64,000 nucleotides of DNA. It comes from Erysipelotrichaceae bacterium (GTDB lineage Bacteria > Bacillota_I > Bacilli_A > Erysipelotrichales > Erysipelotrichaceae). Of the stretch, positions 24,984-35,153 are shown piece after piece. Position numbers and translations under genes: made by a program. Location of the stretch: positions 903 through 64,902 of the forward strand of contig JAUNQJ010000001.1 in assembly GCA_030536265.1 (NCBI GenBank). The letters run 5' to 3'. The first letter of the stretch is position 1, and the number at the start of each line of letters is the position of its first letter. The notes under the pieces were generated by a model. That model saw only the letters and a program-made list of their open reading frames with translations. It did not search any database and was not told the DNA's origin.

Positions 24984-26081
24984 TTAATAGTGTTCAGTTT
25001 GAGCTAAATTATAGTTCTTATAATCAGAATTATCAGTAACCTCTTTAATTACCTTAATATATGGTGGTAAATTAATAACCCCATCATCAGGCATTTGAAG
25101 AGATAATAGGCCTTTTGACTTATCAAATCTAAATACATCTAATTTAAAGAAATGCTCATCAAAAATAAATGAATGTCTTTCTTTATCTATTGGCTTTAAC
25201 TTTTGATCGATTTCAGGAATGTAGTCAAAGTATTCTCTTTCAGAAATAATTCTATCTTTCTTAATACGCTCATTAGTTGCAAGAACCTTTGCTTCAGAAT
25301 AGTAGTATAGAGTGCTTCCGTTTCTATCTCTTTTTCTAATTCTTCTTTCTATTCCTCTAGTTGATTCTAAGTAATGTTGAATAATATGAACTCGAGTATA
25401 ATTTGTTTCGCCTTTTAGTTTTTCTAATATATCATCATCAAATTCAACTAGATACTTCTTAAATTTTTCAACAGGTGATTCTTCACCTAAATACTCAAAG
25501 ACCGATTGAATTGCCTTATGCATTTTTACTTCAAAATCAGTTTCATTACCAATGATTACTCTGTTAGGATGATTCTTCCAAGCTTCTAAAGCAGTGTCGT
25601 CCATAGCACGAGCTTGTTCAACAGTTTCGTATCTTGAAGCATTTGTTGAGAAAGAATAAGCTTCTTCTTTTCCTTTAGCACTAGTTACTAAATGGACAAC
25701 CATATCATAACGTGAATTTATTTCATCATAATTAATATCAAAATCTTTTAGTATTTCACAATATGCATCATGTCCTACATAAGATTCGTTATCTAGTAAT
25801 GCTCTATCAATTAGTATCAATACCTTATCGCCTTCAATCTCTTCAGCGGCTTGACTACATATCTTTTCTTTAGCAAGTTGCAAAGATACTACATATTTTT
25901 GGAATTCATACATTCCTAAAGTTGCAGGAGAAATACCACCACTAATTAAATCGGTAGCTGATTCATTATCAACAATTACACGATATCCTCTTTCGCCAAA
26001 TATTTCTTCAGCTCTAGACATGAATGTAGTTTTACCACTACAAGGTCCGCCAGTAAATACAATCTTTTTAATTGTTTTCAT
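24984..26081 (-). CDS. P-loop NTPase/kinase (AAA_28, NadR-ribosylnicotinamide-kinase-like) fused to a C-terminal CYTH-like domain
   Basis: 365 aa with Walker A GGPCSGKTT and Walker B-like VLILIDRAL. The C-terminal ~165 aa show the CYTH pattern: VEKFKKYLV, ERRIRKRD, KERHSF...FKLDVF. Confidence 0.6.
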   Translation of the reverse strand: MKTIKKIVFTGGPCSGKTTFMSRAEEIFGERGYRVIVDNESATDLISGGISPATLGMYEFQKYVVSLQLAKEKICSQAAEEIEGDKVLILIDRALLDNESYVGHDAYCEILKDFDINYDEINSRYDMVVHLVTSAKGKEEAYSFSTNASRYETVEQARAMDDTALEAWKNHPNRVIIGNETDFEVKMHKAIQSVFEYLGEESPVEKFKKYLVEFDDDILEKLKGETNYTRVHIIQHYLESTRGIERRIRKRDRNGSTLYYYSEAKVLATNERIKKDRIISEREYFDYIPEIDQKLKPIDKERHSFIFDEHFFKLDVFRFDKSKGLLSLQMPDDGVINLPPYIKVIKEVTDNSDYKNYNLAQTEHY

Positions 26082-26640
26082 AGTATTCCTTCAACTTTCT
26101 ATTTAATTTTGAATATATATTATCTCTAAACCACTTTTCATTAGATGCTTCTACCGCCTTATCAATATCAAACCATTTTACAGCGCTGTTTTCATCTTCT
26201 TTAACCTTTAAAGGTTCACTATCATCCGCCTCAAGAAGATAAGTAATATTTAAATGAAGATGGCTTGATACATATTCGCCTTTTTTAATATGCCCATCAA
26301 CCGTTAATGATTCAATTGAGAATATCTCTTCACTAATTGGCTTAACATTAGTGATTCCAGATTCTTCTTTTACTTCTTTAATAGCTACATCTAAACAATT
26401 AGTATTCCCATCACAATGTCCGCCTAACCATGAGAACGAATTATAAATATTGTGATAAGCCATTAGAATCTTTGTGTGATCTTTATTTGTTACCCATGCA
26501 CTAGCTGTCATATGGCACAAACCATTTGAACGCTCAAAAATATCGTCAAATTTGTCCATGGCGTTTAGTATCAATGTTTTATCTTTTTCTTCCCTATCAT
26601 TATAAGGAACATATTTAATTAGATCTTCTTTTATACTCAT
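26068..26640 (-). CDS. Nudix hydrolase
   Basis: 190 aa with Nudix box GGHCDGNTNCLDVAIKEVKEESGI (GX5EX7[RK]EUXEEXGU). Its 3' end overlaps the next gene by 14 nt. Confidence 0.8.
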   Translation of the reverse strand: MSIKEDLIKYVPYNDREEKDKTLILNAMDKFDDIFERSNGLCHMTASAWVTNKDHTKILMAYHNIYNSFSWLGGHCDGNTNCLDVAIKEVKEESGITNVKPISEEIFSIESLTVDGHIKKGEYVSSHLHLNITYLLEADDSEPLKVKEDENSAVKWFDIDKAVEASNEKWFRDNIYSKLNRKLKEYYENN

Positions 26641-26660
26641 ACATCACTATTTTACAATAT

Positions 26661-26685
26661 AAAAACGCGTTAGATAACGCGTTTT
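26661..26685 (-). terminator. Rho-independent terminator after pepT
   Basis: Stem aaaacgcg/cgcgtttt with an 8-nt loop and a U-run on the minus transcript. It overlaps the pepT stop codon. Confidence 0.7.
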
Positions 26686-27892
26686 ATTTCTTTAATTTTG
26701 ATATCATCTTTAAGATAATCTCAACGACTTTTTCTCCATCATCTTTACACCATAATTCATGTGGGCCATGGAAGTAGTCGCCACCCGTGCCTAGGTTTGG
26801 ACAAGGTAATCCTTCAAGAGATAATCTTGCACCATCAGTGCCACCTCTTATAGCTTCGGTTCCATATTTTATTCCAAGGTCTTCACAAGAAGAGAAGAAT
26901 AAATCGATTGGTGACATATCGTTAATGAATGCTTCTTTCATGTTTCTATATGCATCTTTAATAGTAACTTTACATGTATCGAATCCATATTTCTTATTAA
27001 TGAAGTCTTGGACATTCATCATATCTTTTTTAAACTTATCAAGTTCTTCTAAATCAAAGCTTCTAATAATATAGTATAGATGGCTTTCTTCGCACTTTCC
27101 TTCCATACCTACTAAATGCATAAATCCTTGATATCCTTCAGTATGTTCAGGTCTAGCGTTTGGATCTAATAACTCGTGATAATCATGAGCTACGTTCATT
27201 GAGTTAACCATCTTATCTTTAGCAGAACCAGGATGAACTGATACACCTGTAAATTTTACTTCAGCGCTCGCTGCGTTGAAATTTTCATAAGCGATATTGA
27301 AATAATCAGAACCATCAACTGTATAACAATAATCTACTTTAAAGTAATCATAATTGAATAAGTCTGCGCCTCTTCCTATTTCTTCATCAGGAGTAACGCA
27401 TACTCTAATATCGCCATGTTTAACATCTTTGTTAGTATTTAAATAATCTAATACTTCCATAATGATGGCAACGCCAGCCTTATCGTCTGCACCAAGTAAA
27501 GTATTTCCACCAGTAACTACGATAGTTTTTCCGATATAGTTTTTAAGTGTTGGATAAATATCTACAGAAGTCTCTAAATCGTTTTCTAATTTGATAGTAG
27601 TTCCATCATAATTATCAATAATTCTAGTTTTAACATTTTTGCCAGAAGCATCAGGTGAAGTATCCATGTGGGCAATTAATCCAATAGAAGAATAATCGCT
27701 ATCTCCTTTCATCAAACCATATACATAGCCATGTTCATCAATAAACGCTTCATCAGCTCCATATTTCTTTAGTTCATCTACTAAGTGTTTTCCAAGTTCT
27801 AATTGAATAGCAGAACTAGGACAAGTAGAAGAATCTTCATCTGATGTTGTTTCATAACTTACATAATCTAATAATTTTTCAAGTAGTTTCAT
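26684..27892 (-). CDS. pepT: Peptidase T (tripeptide aminopeptidase, M20B)
   Basis: 402 aa. The N-terminal LLEKLLDYVSYETTSDE...CPSS and the metal-site motifs HMDTSPD and GADDKAGVA are typical of PepT. Confidence 0.9.
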   Translation of the reverse strand: MKLLEKLLDYVSYETTSDEDSSTCPSSAIQLELGKHLVDELKKYGADEAFIDEHGYVYGLMKGDSDYSSIGLIAHMDTSPDASGKNVKTRIIDNYDGTTIKLENDLETSVDIYPTLKNYIGKTIVVTGGNTLLGADDKAGVAIIMEVLDYLNTNKDVKHGDIRVCVTPDEEIGRGADLFNYDYFKVDYCYTVDGSDYFNIAYENFNAASAEVKFTGVSVHPGSAKDKMVNSMNVAHDYHELLDPNARPEHTEGYQGFMHLVGMEGKCEESHLYYIIRSFDLEELDKFKKDMMNVQDFINKKYGFDTCKVTIKDAYRNMKEAFINDMSPIDLFFSSCEDLGIKYGTEAIRGGTDGARLSLEGLPCPNLGTGGDYFHGPHELWCKDDGEKVVEIILKMISKLKK

Positions 27893-27900
27893 AATTCTCC

Positions 27901-30900
27901 TTAGAATAAAGAAATTTGGTTAGAGTCATCTAAGCCTTTTAAACATCCTAGTTGATCTAATTTCTTTAATAATGTTGTTGATAATTGAGTACGATCAGTC
28001 AAATCTTCTTTAGATAAGAAGTCGCCATTCTTTCTTGCTTCAACAATACTTTCGGCAACGTTATCTCCTAAACCATCTAATACTTTAAATGGCGGAATGA
28101 TTTCTTTCTCATTATCTGGATTAACTCTAAATTCCGTAGCTAATGATTTATATAAATCAATATTAGACATATGATAACCTCTCGATACCATTTCGTAGCA
28201 AACTTCAAGAGTATCAAATGTATCTTTTTCCTTCTTACTAGCTTCGCGAGTTTGAATCTTATGACGTAGTTCGCTCATACGAGTATAAATAGCATCAGCA
28301 TCTTTTATCATAGTCTCTATTTCGTAAGCATCGCATCTTAATGTGAAGTAAGAAACATAATAGTAATGAGGATAGTATACTTTAAACCAAGCAACTCTAA
28401 CCGCCATAATACAATATGCTACCGCGTGAGCTTTAGGGAACATGTACTTAATCTTTTTACAAGACTCAACATACCATGGAGGTACATTGTGATTTAGTAA
28501 CAATTGTTCTTCTTCAGGTTTTAATCCCTTACCTTTTCTTACTTTCTCCATAATGTCGAAAGCATCTTTAGGTTCTAGATTATATGTTAATAGTCTTGAC
28601 ATAATATCATCACGACAGCCAATAACATCTTTTAGCATAATGCCTTGTTTTATTAATTCTTCAGCATTACCTCTCCATACATCTGTTCCATGAGAAAGCC
28701 CAGAGATCTGAACAAGCTCAGAGAATAAATGAGGTCTAGTTTGTTCAATTGTGTTTCTTGTATTTAATGTTCCAAACTCAGGAAGACCACAAGCTCCAGT
28801 TTCTTCATGATAATTAGGATTAATAATGTTCAATGCTTTTGATGAATAGAATAAAGATAATACTTTTTCATCATTCATTGGAATGGTTTTAACATCAATA
28901 TTAGAAATATTCTCAAATAATCTCATAGCTGTAGGATCAACGTGTCCTAAAATATCAAACTTTAATAAGTTATCTGAGAAATCGTGGAATTCAAAGTGAG
29001 TTGAATGCCATGTTGCTTCTTTATCGTTTGCTGGGAATTGAATTGGTGTAATATCTTCGATATCCATATCATCAGGTAAAACAACTATTCCTCCAGCATG
29101 TTGACCAGTAGTACGTTTTACTCCAGTACATCCTTGAGCAAGTCTCTCTTTTTGAGCACGAGACATATTAGTGATATTCTTTTCTTCACAGTATCCAGTA
29201 ACATAACCAAATGCAGTCTTATCAGCTACGGTACTAGTTGTACCAGCTCTAAAGACATTATTTTCACCAAATATTTCTCTAGTAAATAAATGAGCTTTTG
29301 GTTGATAATCTCCAGAGAAGTTTAAGTCAATATCCGGAATCTTGTCGCCATGGAAACCTAAGAATGTTTCAAACGGAATATTTTGTCCATCGCCTATCAT
29401 ATCTTCGCCACAATCAGGACATTTCTTATTCTGTAAGTCGTATCCAGAAGCAGCACCATTAACCCATTCAAGTCTATGACACTTAGGACATAGATAATAA
29501 GGTTTAAGTGGGTTAACTTCAGTAATGCCGGCAAGTGTCGCTACTAAAGATGAGCCAACAGAACCACGTGAGCCAACAATATAGCCATCATTGTTAGAAC
29601 GTTTAACCATTAAGTGACAAACAAAATAAATTACTCCATAGCCATTACCGATAATAGACTTAAGTTCTTTATCAATTCTTGCTTCGATTATTGGATCTAG
29701 TTTATCACCATATTTTTGATGAGCATTATAATAAACCAATTCTTTTAAATAATCATCAGCAGAAATAACATCATTTCTTGATGTAAATGGTTCTTCAATT
29801 ATTCCACAAGCTCTAGCTTTTGCTAAAGCATCAACAATCTTTGGTGCATATAAATCCTTAGGGAATGGTGAGAAATTATCACACATCTCAGCAATCACAT
29901 TTGGATTTTCAATTACCATTGCATCTACAACACGTTTATCATCATACCAATAGAAAGCTTCTAACATTTCGTTAGTATTTAAGAATCTTTGATCAGCAGT
30001 TACTTGATTAGCACGTTTTTCTTTATCATAAACATATAAAGGATGGTGTGCTCCGCCTATTGCTTTAGCATTAATATAAACATCTCTTAAAATCTTTTCT
30101 TCTTTCTTAACATAATGAACATCGCCAGTAGCAACAACTAATTTATTTTGTCTTAAAGCTTCATCAATTATGTCTTTTAGATATTGCATCAATCTTTCTT
30201 TAGTAAAAGATCCTCTTTCTTCATATAAAGAACGATAGTTTTCTAATGGTTGTACTTCAATATAATCATAGAAAGAAATTGCTTTAGCTAATTCTTCTTT
30301 AGATCTAGTATGTGCTATTTCAAATACTTCACCATTAAAACAAGCTGAGCCAATTAATAAATCTTTACGATACTTATTTATAGTTTCTCTAAATATTCTA
30401 GGTTCAGCAATAAAATCGGAACCTGAATCTTTTGTATTAGCTTTGCCAAATACAGCTAAACTATCAGTATTTGAAATAGAAACTAATCTAAACAAATCTT
30501 TTAAGCCCTTCTTATTCTTACAAAGAATAGTTGTATGATATGCTCTATTCTTTACAAATGCTTCTTCATCTTGGAAATTACTTAATTCATCTAATGTTTT
30601 AATATTTTCTTTCGCACAATCTTTAAGCATTAAATTAAACACTTGTGCCAATACATCAGCATCATAATCAGCTCTATGGGCTACTTCTTCATCATAAGCA
30701 ATATTGTAAGCTCTAGCCATGTTGCCTAATCTATAAGCTCTTCTATTTTTTAATATAGAACGAGATAAATCTAATGTATCTATTACAGGATTTGTTAACT
30801 TAGGTGCTCCAATTCTTTCAAGTTCAGAGTTTAAAAAGCCAAAGTCGAAAGATGCGTTATGCGCTACAAGCACTCTATCTTTTAAAATGTCTAGAATTGT

Positions 30901-32283
30901 ATCTTTCAATTCAGCAAATGTTTTTGCATCTTTTAAATCATCTTCACTAATATGAGTTAAGTGTTTAGTAAAATCGCTTAAGGCAACTGGAGGTTTAACA
31001 AAGAAATCGTATTTCTCTTTAACCATTCCACGAAACATTAAAACAGCACCAAATTCGATAACATGATCATATCTTGTAGACAAGCCTGTTGTTTCTAAGT
31101 CAAACACAATATATTCAGCTTCACTTAAATCTCTATTATCTGAGTTATAGACAATATTAAGATTCGGCTCAACCATATTCATTTCGCAGCCATAAATAAC
31201 TTTAAAATCTGTTTCTTTATCAGCTTTTTTTATTTCATCATATGCAACCTTAGCTTCGTGGAAACCTTGTAAACATAAATGGTCAGTAATAGCTACAGCT
31301 TTATGCCCCATAGTATATGCAGCTTTAACAATATCGCCAGGAGAAGACACTCCATCCATTTCAGATAATTTAGTATGTGCATGAAGTTCGACACGTTTTT
31401 TACTAGCGTCATCTTTTAAAGGATTTGGATCATCAATATATTCGATAGCATCAGGTTCAAAAATATAATCATTAGCATAATTGTCAAAACGATAATTACC
31501 GCTAAGTCTTAACCATCTACCAACTTTATTCTCGGCCAATACTTCTTTAGTATTCTTTTTATTTTCAATCATCTTAACAGTACATGCATCATCATAATCT
31601 TTTACATATATTGTTTGAATCAATAAACCAGTACGAGTAGTGAAATCTTCTATTTTAAATATTTGACCAGTAATGCGAACATTAAACATTGTATCCATTA
31701 ATTCATTAATATGAACATCAGTATATGTTCTTACTCTAGATTTGTAATAATTATTTGTTTTAGTTACGCTATCCTCTTTTGATTCTCTAGGAGGAAGTGG
31801 AGCTCTTGTTTCAACAATAATTTCACTTTCTACTTGTAACTTAGTTGATACTTCACCACGATATCCTAAATCTCTTAAATATAATTTAAGATTATCAATA
31901 TCTGTTTCGTCTTTTTGTTTTTCATCGTCATCTACATAAGATAAGCATATTCCCTCTTCATTTTTAACAACAACGCAATTATCAAAGAAGCCATGATGAA
32001 TTGAACCATATGCTTTTAAATAATGATTAATTTCTTTAATAGAAAAATCTTGATTATTAACTTTGAAAATTAATTTATTATTAGGAAACCCTAGTGTCTT
32101 AAAGTATTCTTTTAATTCTTCATATTCTTTATATGGAAGAATGTATTCGTTGCTAATCTTAAATACAACAAGTTCTTTCTCTTGAATTAAAGATACATTA
32201 TCAATATTAAAATTAGAAAAATAACTTTTCTTTTCTTTATCGTAATTATATTTATTAAAAAATTCTTCTATTTCAAATCTCAT
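27901..32283 (-). CDS. polC: DNA polymerase III alpha subunit, PolC type
   Basis: 1460 aa with a PHP domain and an inserted DnaQ-like 3'-5' exonuclease (FDLETTGL). A zinc finger (CPKCH...CPDCG) and the polymerase core are also present. Confidence 0.98.
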   Translation of the reverse strand: MRFEIEEFFNKYNYDKEKKSYFSNFNIDNVSLIQEKELVVFKISNEYILPYKEYEELKEYFKTLGFPNNKLIFKVNNQDFSIKEINHYLKAYGSIHHGFFDNCVVVKNEEGICLSYVDDDEKQKDETDIDNLKLYLRDLGYRGEVSTKLQVESEIIVETRAPLPPRESKEDSVTKTNNYYKSRVRTYTDVHINELMDTMFNVRITGQIFKIEDFTTRTGLLIQTIYVKDYDDACTVKMIENKKNTKEVLAENKVGRWLRLSGNYRFDNYANDYIFEPDAIEYIDDPNPLKDDASKKRVELHAHTKLSEMDGVSSPGDIVKAAYTMGHKAVAITDHLCLQGFHEAKVAYDEIKKADKETDFKVIYGCEMNMVEPNLNIVYNSDNRDLSEAEYIVFDLETTGLSTRYDHVIEFGAVLMFRGMVKEKYDFFVKPPVALSDFTKHLTHISEDDLKDAKTFAELKDTILDILKDRVLVAHNASFDFGFLNSELERIGAPKLTNPVIDTLDLSRSILKNRRAYRLGNMARAYNIAYDEEVAHRADYDADVLAQVFNLMLKDCAKENIKTLDELSNFQDEEAFVKNRAYHTTILCKNKKGLKDLFRLVSISNTDSLAVFGKANTKDSGSDFIAEPRIFRETINKYRKDLLIGSACFNGEVFEIAHTRSKEELAKAISFYDYIEVQPLENYRSLYEERGSFTKERLMQYLKDIIDEALRQNKLVVATGDVHYVKKEEKILRDVYINAKAIGGAHHPLYVYDKEKRANQVTADQRFLNTNEMLEAFYWYDDKRVVDAMVIENPNVIAEMCDNFSPFPKDLYAPKIVDALAKARACGIIEEPFTSRNDVISADDYLKELVYYNAHQKYGDKLDPIIEARIDKELKSIIGNGYGVIYFVCHLMVKRSNNDGYIVGSRGSVGSSLVATLAGITEVNPLKPYYLCPKCHRLEWVNGAASGYDLQNKKCPDCGEDMIGDGQNIPFETFLGFHGDKIPDIDLNFSGDYQPKAHLFTREIFGENNVFRAGTTSTVADKTAFGYVTGYCEEKNITNMSRAQKERLAQGCTGVKRTTGQHAGGIVVLPDDMDIEDITPIQFPANDKEATWHSTHFEFHDFSDNLLKFDILGHVDPTAMRLFENISNIDVKTIPMNDEKVLSLFYSSKALNIINPNYHEETGACGLPEFGTLNTRNTIEQTRPHLFSELVQISGLSHGTDVWRGNAEELIKQGIMLKDVIGCRDDIMSRLLTYNLEPKDAFDIMEKVRKGKGLKPEEEQLLLNHNVPPWYVESCKKIKYMFPKAHAVAYCIMAVRVAWFKVYYPHYYYVSYFTLRCDAYEIETMIKDADAIYTRMSELRHKIQTREASKKEKDTFDTLEVCYEMVSRGYHMSNIDLYKSLATEFRVNPDNEKEIIPPFKVLDGLGDNVAESIVEARKNGDFLSKEDLTDRTQLSTTLLKKLDQLGCLKGLDDSNQISLF

Positions 32284-32963
32284 AGACTAGCCATTTTTTC
32301 TAATGCATCTTTTGCTGCCATTTTTTGTGCTTCTTTTTTGCTTGATCCAACACCATAACCATAAATTAAGCCATCAATCTTAACTGCCATTTTAAATTCA
32401 GGTTTATTGCTTGGGCCTTTAGAATAAACAAGTTCATATGCAATAGATTTTCTTGTATCTGCTTGTACATACTCTTGTAATCTAGTTTTATAGTCATATG
32501 TTGATTCATCTATTTCTTTAATATGTTTATCAAACATAAGATCTAACAATTTAAAAGCATTTGTAATACCTGTATCTAAATAAACAGCTCCAATAAAAGC
32601 TTCAGTCATATCGGCAATGATTGAATCTCTATCTCTTCCACCTGTTTTTTCTTCGCCTGTTCCAAGCTTTAAAAATTTATTTAGTTTAAATTCTCTTGCC
32701 ACTACAGCAAGCATCTTTTCACACACTAGTTTAGAACGTCTTGTTGACATTAAGCCTTCTGGTAAAGGTGGATTAATATCGTATAGCCTTTTAGCTGAGT
32801 AAATCTGAAGAACCGCATCCCCCATAAACTCAAGTCTTTCGTTATCGTATTTAACGTCCTTTTTATGTTCATTAACATAGCTAGAATGAATAAAAGCCTG
32901 AGAAATCAGGTTTTTATCGTTATATTTTATTTTGTTTTCATCTAAAAAATTAAATACGTTCAT
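32280..32963 (-). CDS. rnc: Ribonuclease III
   Basis: 227 aa with the RNase III signature ERLEFMGDAVL and a C-terminal dsRBD (GSSKKEAQKMAAKDAL). It overlaps the polC start by 4 nt. Confidence 0.95.
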   Translation of the reverse strand: MNVFNFLDENKIKYNDKNLISQAFIHSSYVNEHKKDVKYDNERLEFMGDAVLQIYSAKRLYDINPPLPEGLMSTRRSKLVCEKMLAVVAREFKLNKFLKLGTGEEKTGGRDRDSIIADMTEAFIGAVYLDTGITNAFKLLDLMFDKHIKEIDESTYDYKTRLQEYVQADTRKSIAYELVYSKGPSNKPEFKMAVKIDGLIYGYGVGSSKKEAQKMAAKDALEKMASL

Positions 32964-32989
32964 ACATCAATTATACATTAATAGAATGG

Positions 32990-34984
32990 CTAATCGATGG
33001 CTTTTTTCTTCGCTTCTGAGGCTATTTTATCGTAAAATACAGCGTTTTCTGGCTTATTTAGTTCATTCACTATGGTTTTAGCATCGTCTCTTGCTGCCTC
33101 TATAAACTTGCTATCAGAGAATAGATTTCCAAGGATAAATGCAGGAAGCCCAGATTGTCTAGTTCCCAATATATCACCAGGGCCCCTTAGTTTTAAATCT
33201 TCCATAGATATCTCAAAGCCATTATTGGTCTTAGTTAAAACACTTAGTCTTTTTAATACATCTTGGTCTTTATTAGCAGTTAATAAATAACATGTTCCTT
33301 CATGATTTCCTCTTTGAATTCTTCCTCTTAATTGATGAAGTTGAGATAAGCCAAATTTATCAGCATCATAAATAACCATACATGTAGCATTCTTAACATT
33401 TACGCCTACTTCAACTACGGTCGTAGATACTAACACTTGAATCTTATTTTCGTTAAACTTAGCCATTACATCATCTTTTTCTTCAGAACTTAATCTACCA
33501 TGCAATAAACCTAATTTGTATGGAGCTAAAGCATCAATTAAAGAATTGTATAAGCCACTTGCATCTTTAGCTTTGTAATTATCACTTGCTTCAATTGCTG
33601 CAGCAATAATATATATTTGTCTTCCTTCATCAAGCTTAGCTTTTAATTCATCTATTACATCAACAATAGAGTTTTTATTGATTAATTTAGTAACACAACC
33701 TTTTCTTCCAACAGGCATAGTTTCAATGGTAGAAATATCCATATCACCATATAAAGAAGAAGCTAAAGTTCTAGGTATTGGAGTAGCAGACATTAATATA
33801 AAATCTACATTATCACCTTTTTCTTTTAATGCTCTTCTTTGTTTAACACCAAAACGATGTTGTTCATCTGCTATTACTAATCCAAGATTTTTAAATTCAA
33901 CATCTTCTTGAAATAAAGCGTGTGTTCCAATAACAATATCAATTTCACCATTCTTCAATTTTTCTTTTACTTCTTTTGAATCTTCACTTCCAGAATATAA
34001 CAAAGCAATTCTACAATTAGTATTTTCAAATTGGCTCAAGAAAGAATCGTAGTGTTGTTTTGCAAGTATTTCAGTTGGAGCCATTAATGCACTTTGATAT
34101 CCTGCAAGATAATTTGCATACATTCCTATCATAGCAATAGCAGTTTTGCCTGAACCAACTTCACCTTGAACCAATCGATACATTGTGTTTTTAGATTTTA
34201 AGTCTTTTAGAATTTCGTCTTTCGCTTCAGCTTGATCTTTTGTTAATTCATAAGGTAATAAATCGATAAAAGCATTTATATCTTTTATAGAAAACACTTT
34301 TTCTTTTTTAGTTTCAGATGTAGTTGAACCTTTTAAATAATTTAAAGCTAAGTAGAATCTTAAAAACTCTTCATATTTTAGTCTTGATAAAGATTTCATT
34401 AGCATAGTCTTATCTACTGGAAAATGAATGTTATTGATAGCTTCTTTATAGTCAATCAAATTATGTTTATTTAAAAATTCTTTTGGTACTTCATCAATTA
34501 ATTCGCTTTCACACTTGTTATATGTAAATTCTATTAATTTTTTAATTTCGTTTTGATTTATCCCGTCTTTTAAAGAATAATAAGGAACAATTCCACCCAC
34601 TTCACTAGCACTTTTTGCATAGTAATTTGTAGCTGTAACTCTATTGTTTCCATCGTATTTACCTATAATTGTTAGTTTTGTGTTAACGCCAAGATTTCTT
34701 GCCCAAGGTCTATTAAATATTGATATACTTATTTCCTCTTCTTCATATAGAACTTTAAATCTTGTTATCGATCTTTTGCCAGCATATCTAAAAGTACTTG
34801 GTGAATTTAATAGTTCTGCTTCAAAAAACACTTGTTCACCAACAACGAAATCTGAATAATGAGTTATATTATATTCTTCATATTTATATGGATAATAGCT
34901 TAAGATATCTTTACTATTTTCTAAAGACAATCTATTACATATTTCCTGTCTTTTGTCTGTTAATTTTAAATCTTTTATTTCCAT
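32990..34984 (-). CDS. recG: ATP-dependent DNA helicase RecG
   Basis: 664 aa with an N-terminal wedge/OB region, Walker A GEVGSGKT and DEQH box ADEQHRFG. Confidence 0.95.
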   Translation of the reverse strand: MEIKDLKLTDKRQEICNRLSLENSKDILSYYPYKYEEYNITHYSDFVVGEQVFFEAELLNSPSTFRYAGKRSITRFKVLYEEEEISISIFNRPWARNLGVNTKLTIIGKYDGNNRVTATNYYAKSASEVGGIVPYYSLKDGINQNEIKKLIEFTYNKCESELIDEVPKEFLNKHNLIDYKEAINNIHFPVDKTMLMKSLSRLKYEEFLRFYLALNYLKGSTTSETKKEKVFSIKDINAFIDLLPYELTKDQAEAKDEILKDLKSKNTMYRLVQGEVGSGKTAIAMIGMYANYLAGYQSALMAPTEILAKQHYDSFLSQFENTNCRIALLYSGSEDSKEVKEKLKNGEIDIVIGTHALFQEDVEFKNLGLVIADEQHRFGVKQRRALKEKGDNVDFILMSATPIPRTLASSLYGDMDISTIETMPVGRKGCVTKLINKNSIVDVIDELKAKLDEGRQIYIIAAAIEASDNYKAKDASGLYNSLIDALAPYKLGLLHGRLSSEEKDDVMAKFNENKIQVLVSTTVVEVGVNVKNATCMVIYDADKFGLSQLHQLRGRIQRGNHEGTCYLLTANKDQDVLKRLSVLTKTNNGFEISMEDLKLRGPGDILGTRQSGLPAFILGNLFSDSKFIEAARDDAKTIVNELNKPENAVFYDKIASEAKKKAID

Positions 34985-35012
34985 CAGCCTTATTTTATCA
35001 TGGGGGTTAATA

Positions 35013-35021
35013 TGGTAGAAT
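35013..35021 (+). promoter_or_regulatory. Extended -10 element (TGgTAGAAT) for tRNA-Leu
   Basis: tggtagaat ends 10 nt upstream of the mature tRNA 5' end. Confidence 0.45.
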
Positions 35022-35031
35022 GATTAAGCAT

Positions 35032-35114
35032 CCCCGGATGGCGAAATTGGCAGACGCGCACGACTCAAAATCGTGAGGGAAACCGTGCGGGTTCAAGTCC
35101 CGCTCTGGGGACCA
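35032..35114 (+). tRNA. tRNA-Leu (anticodon CAA), class II with long variable arm, CCA encoded
   Basis: Manual fold. The acceptor is ccccgga/tctgggg. The anticodon arm is cacga-ctCAAaa-tcgtg. There is an 11-nt variable arm. The T arm is gcggg-ttcaagt-cccgc. Confidence 0.9.
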
Positions 35115-35123
35115 ATTAAAAAG

Positions 35124-35152
35124 AAAGACGTTCAATTAAGAACGTCTTTTTT
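35124..35152. terminator. Bidirectional terminator (tRNA-Leu on + / hydA on -)
   Basis: Ten-bp stem aaagacgttc/gaacgtcttt with loop aattaa, T-run 3' and A-rich 5'. Confidence 0.8.
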
Positions 35153-35153
35153 A

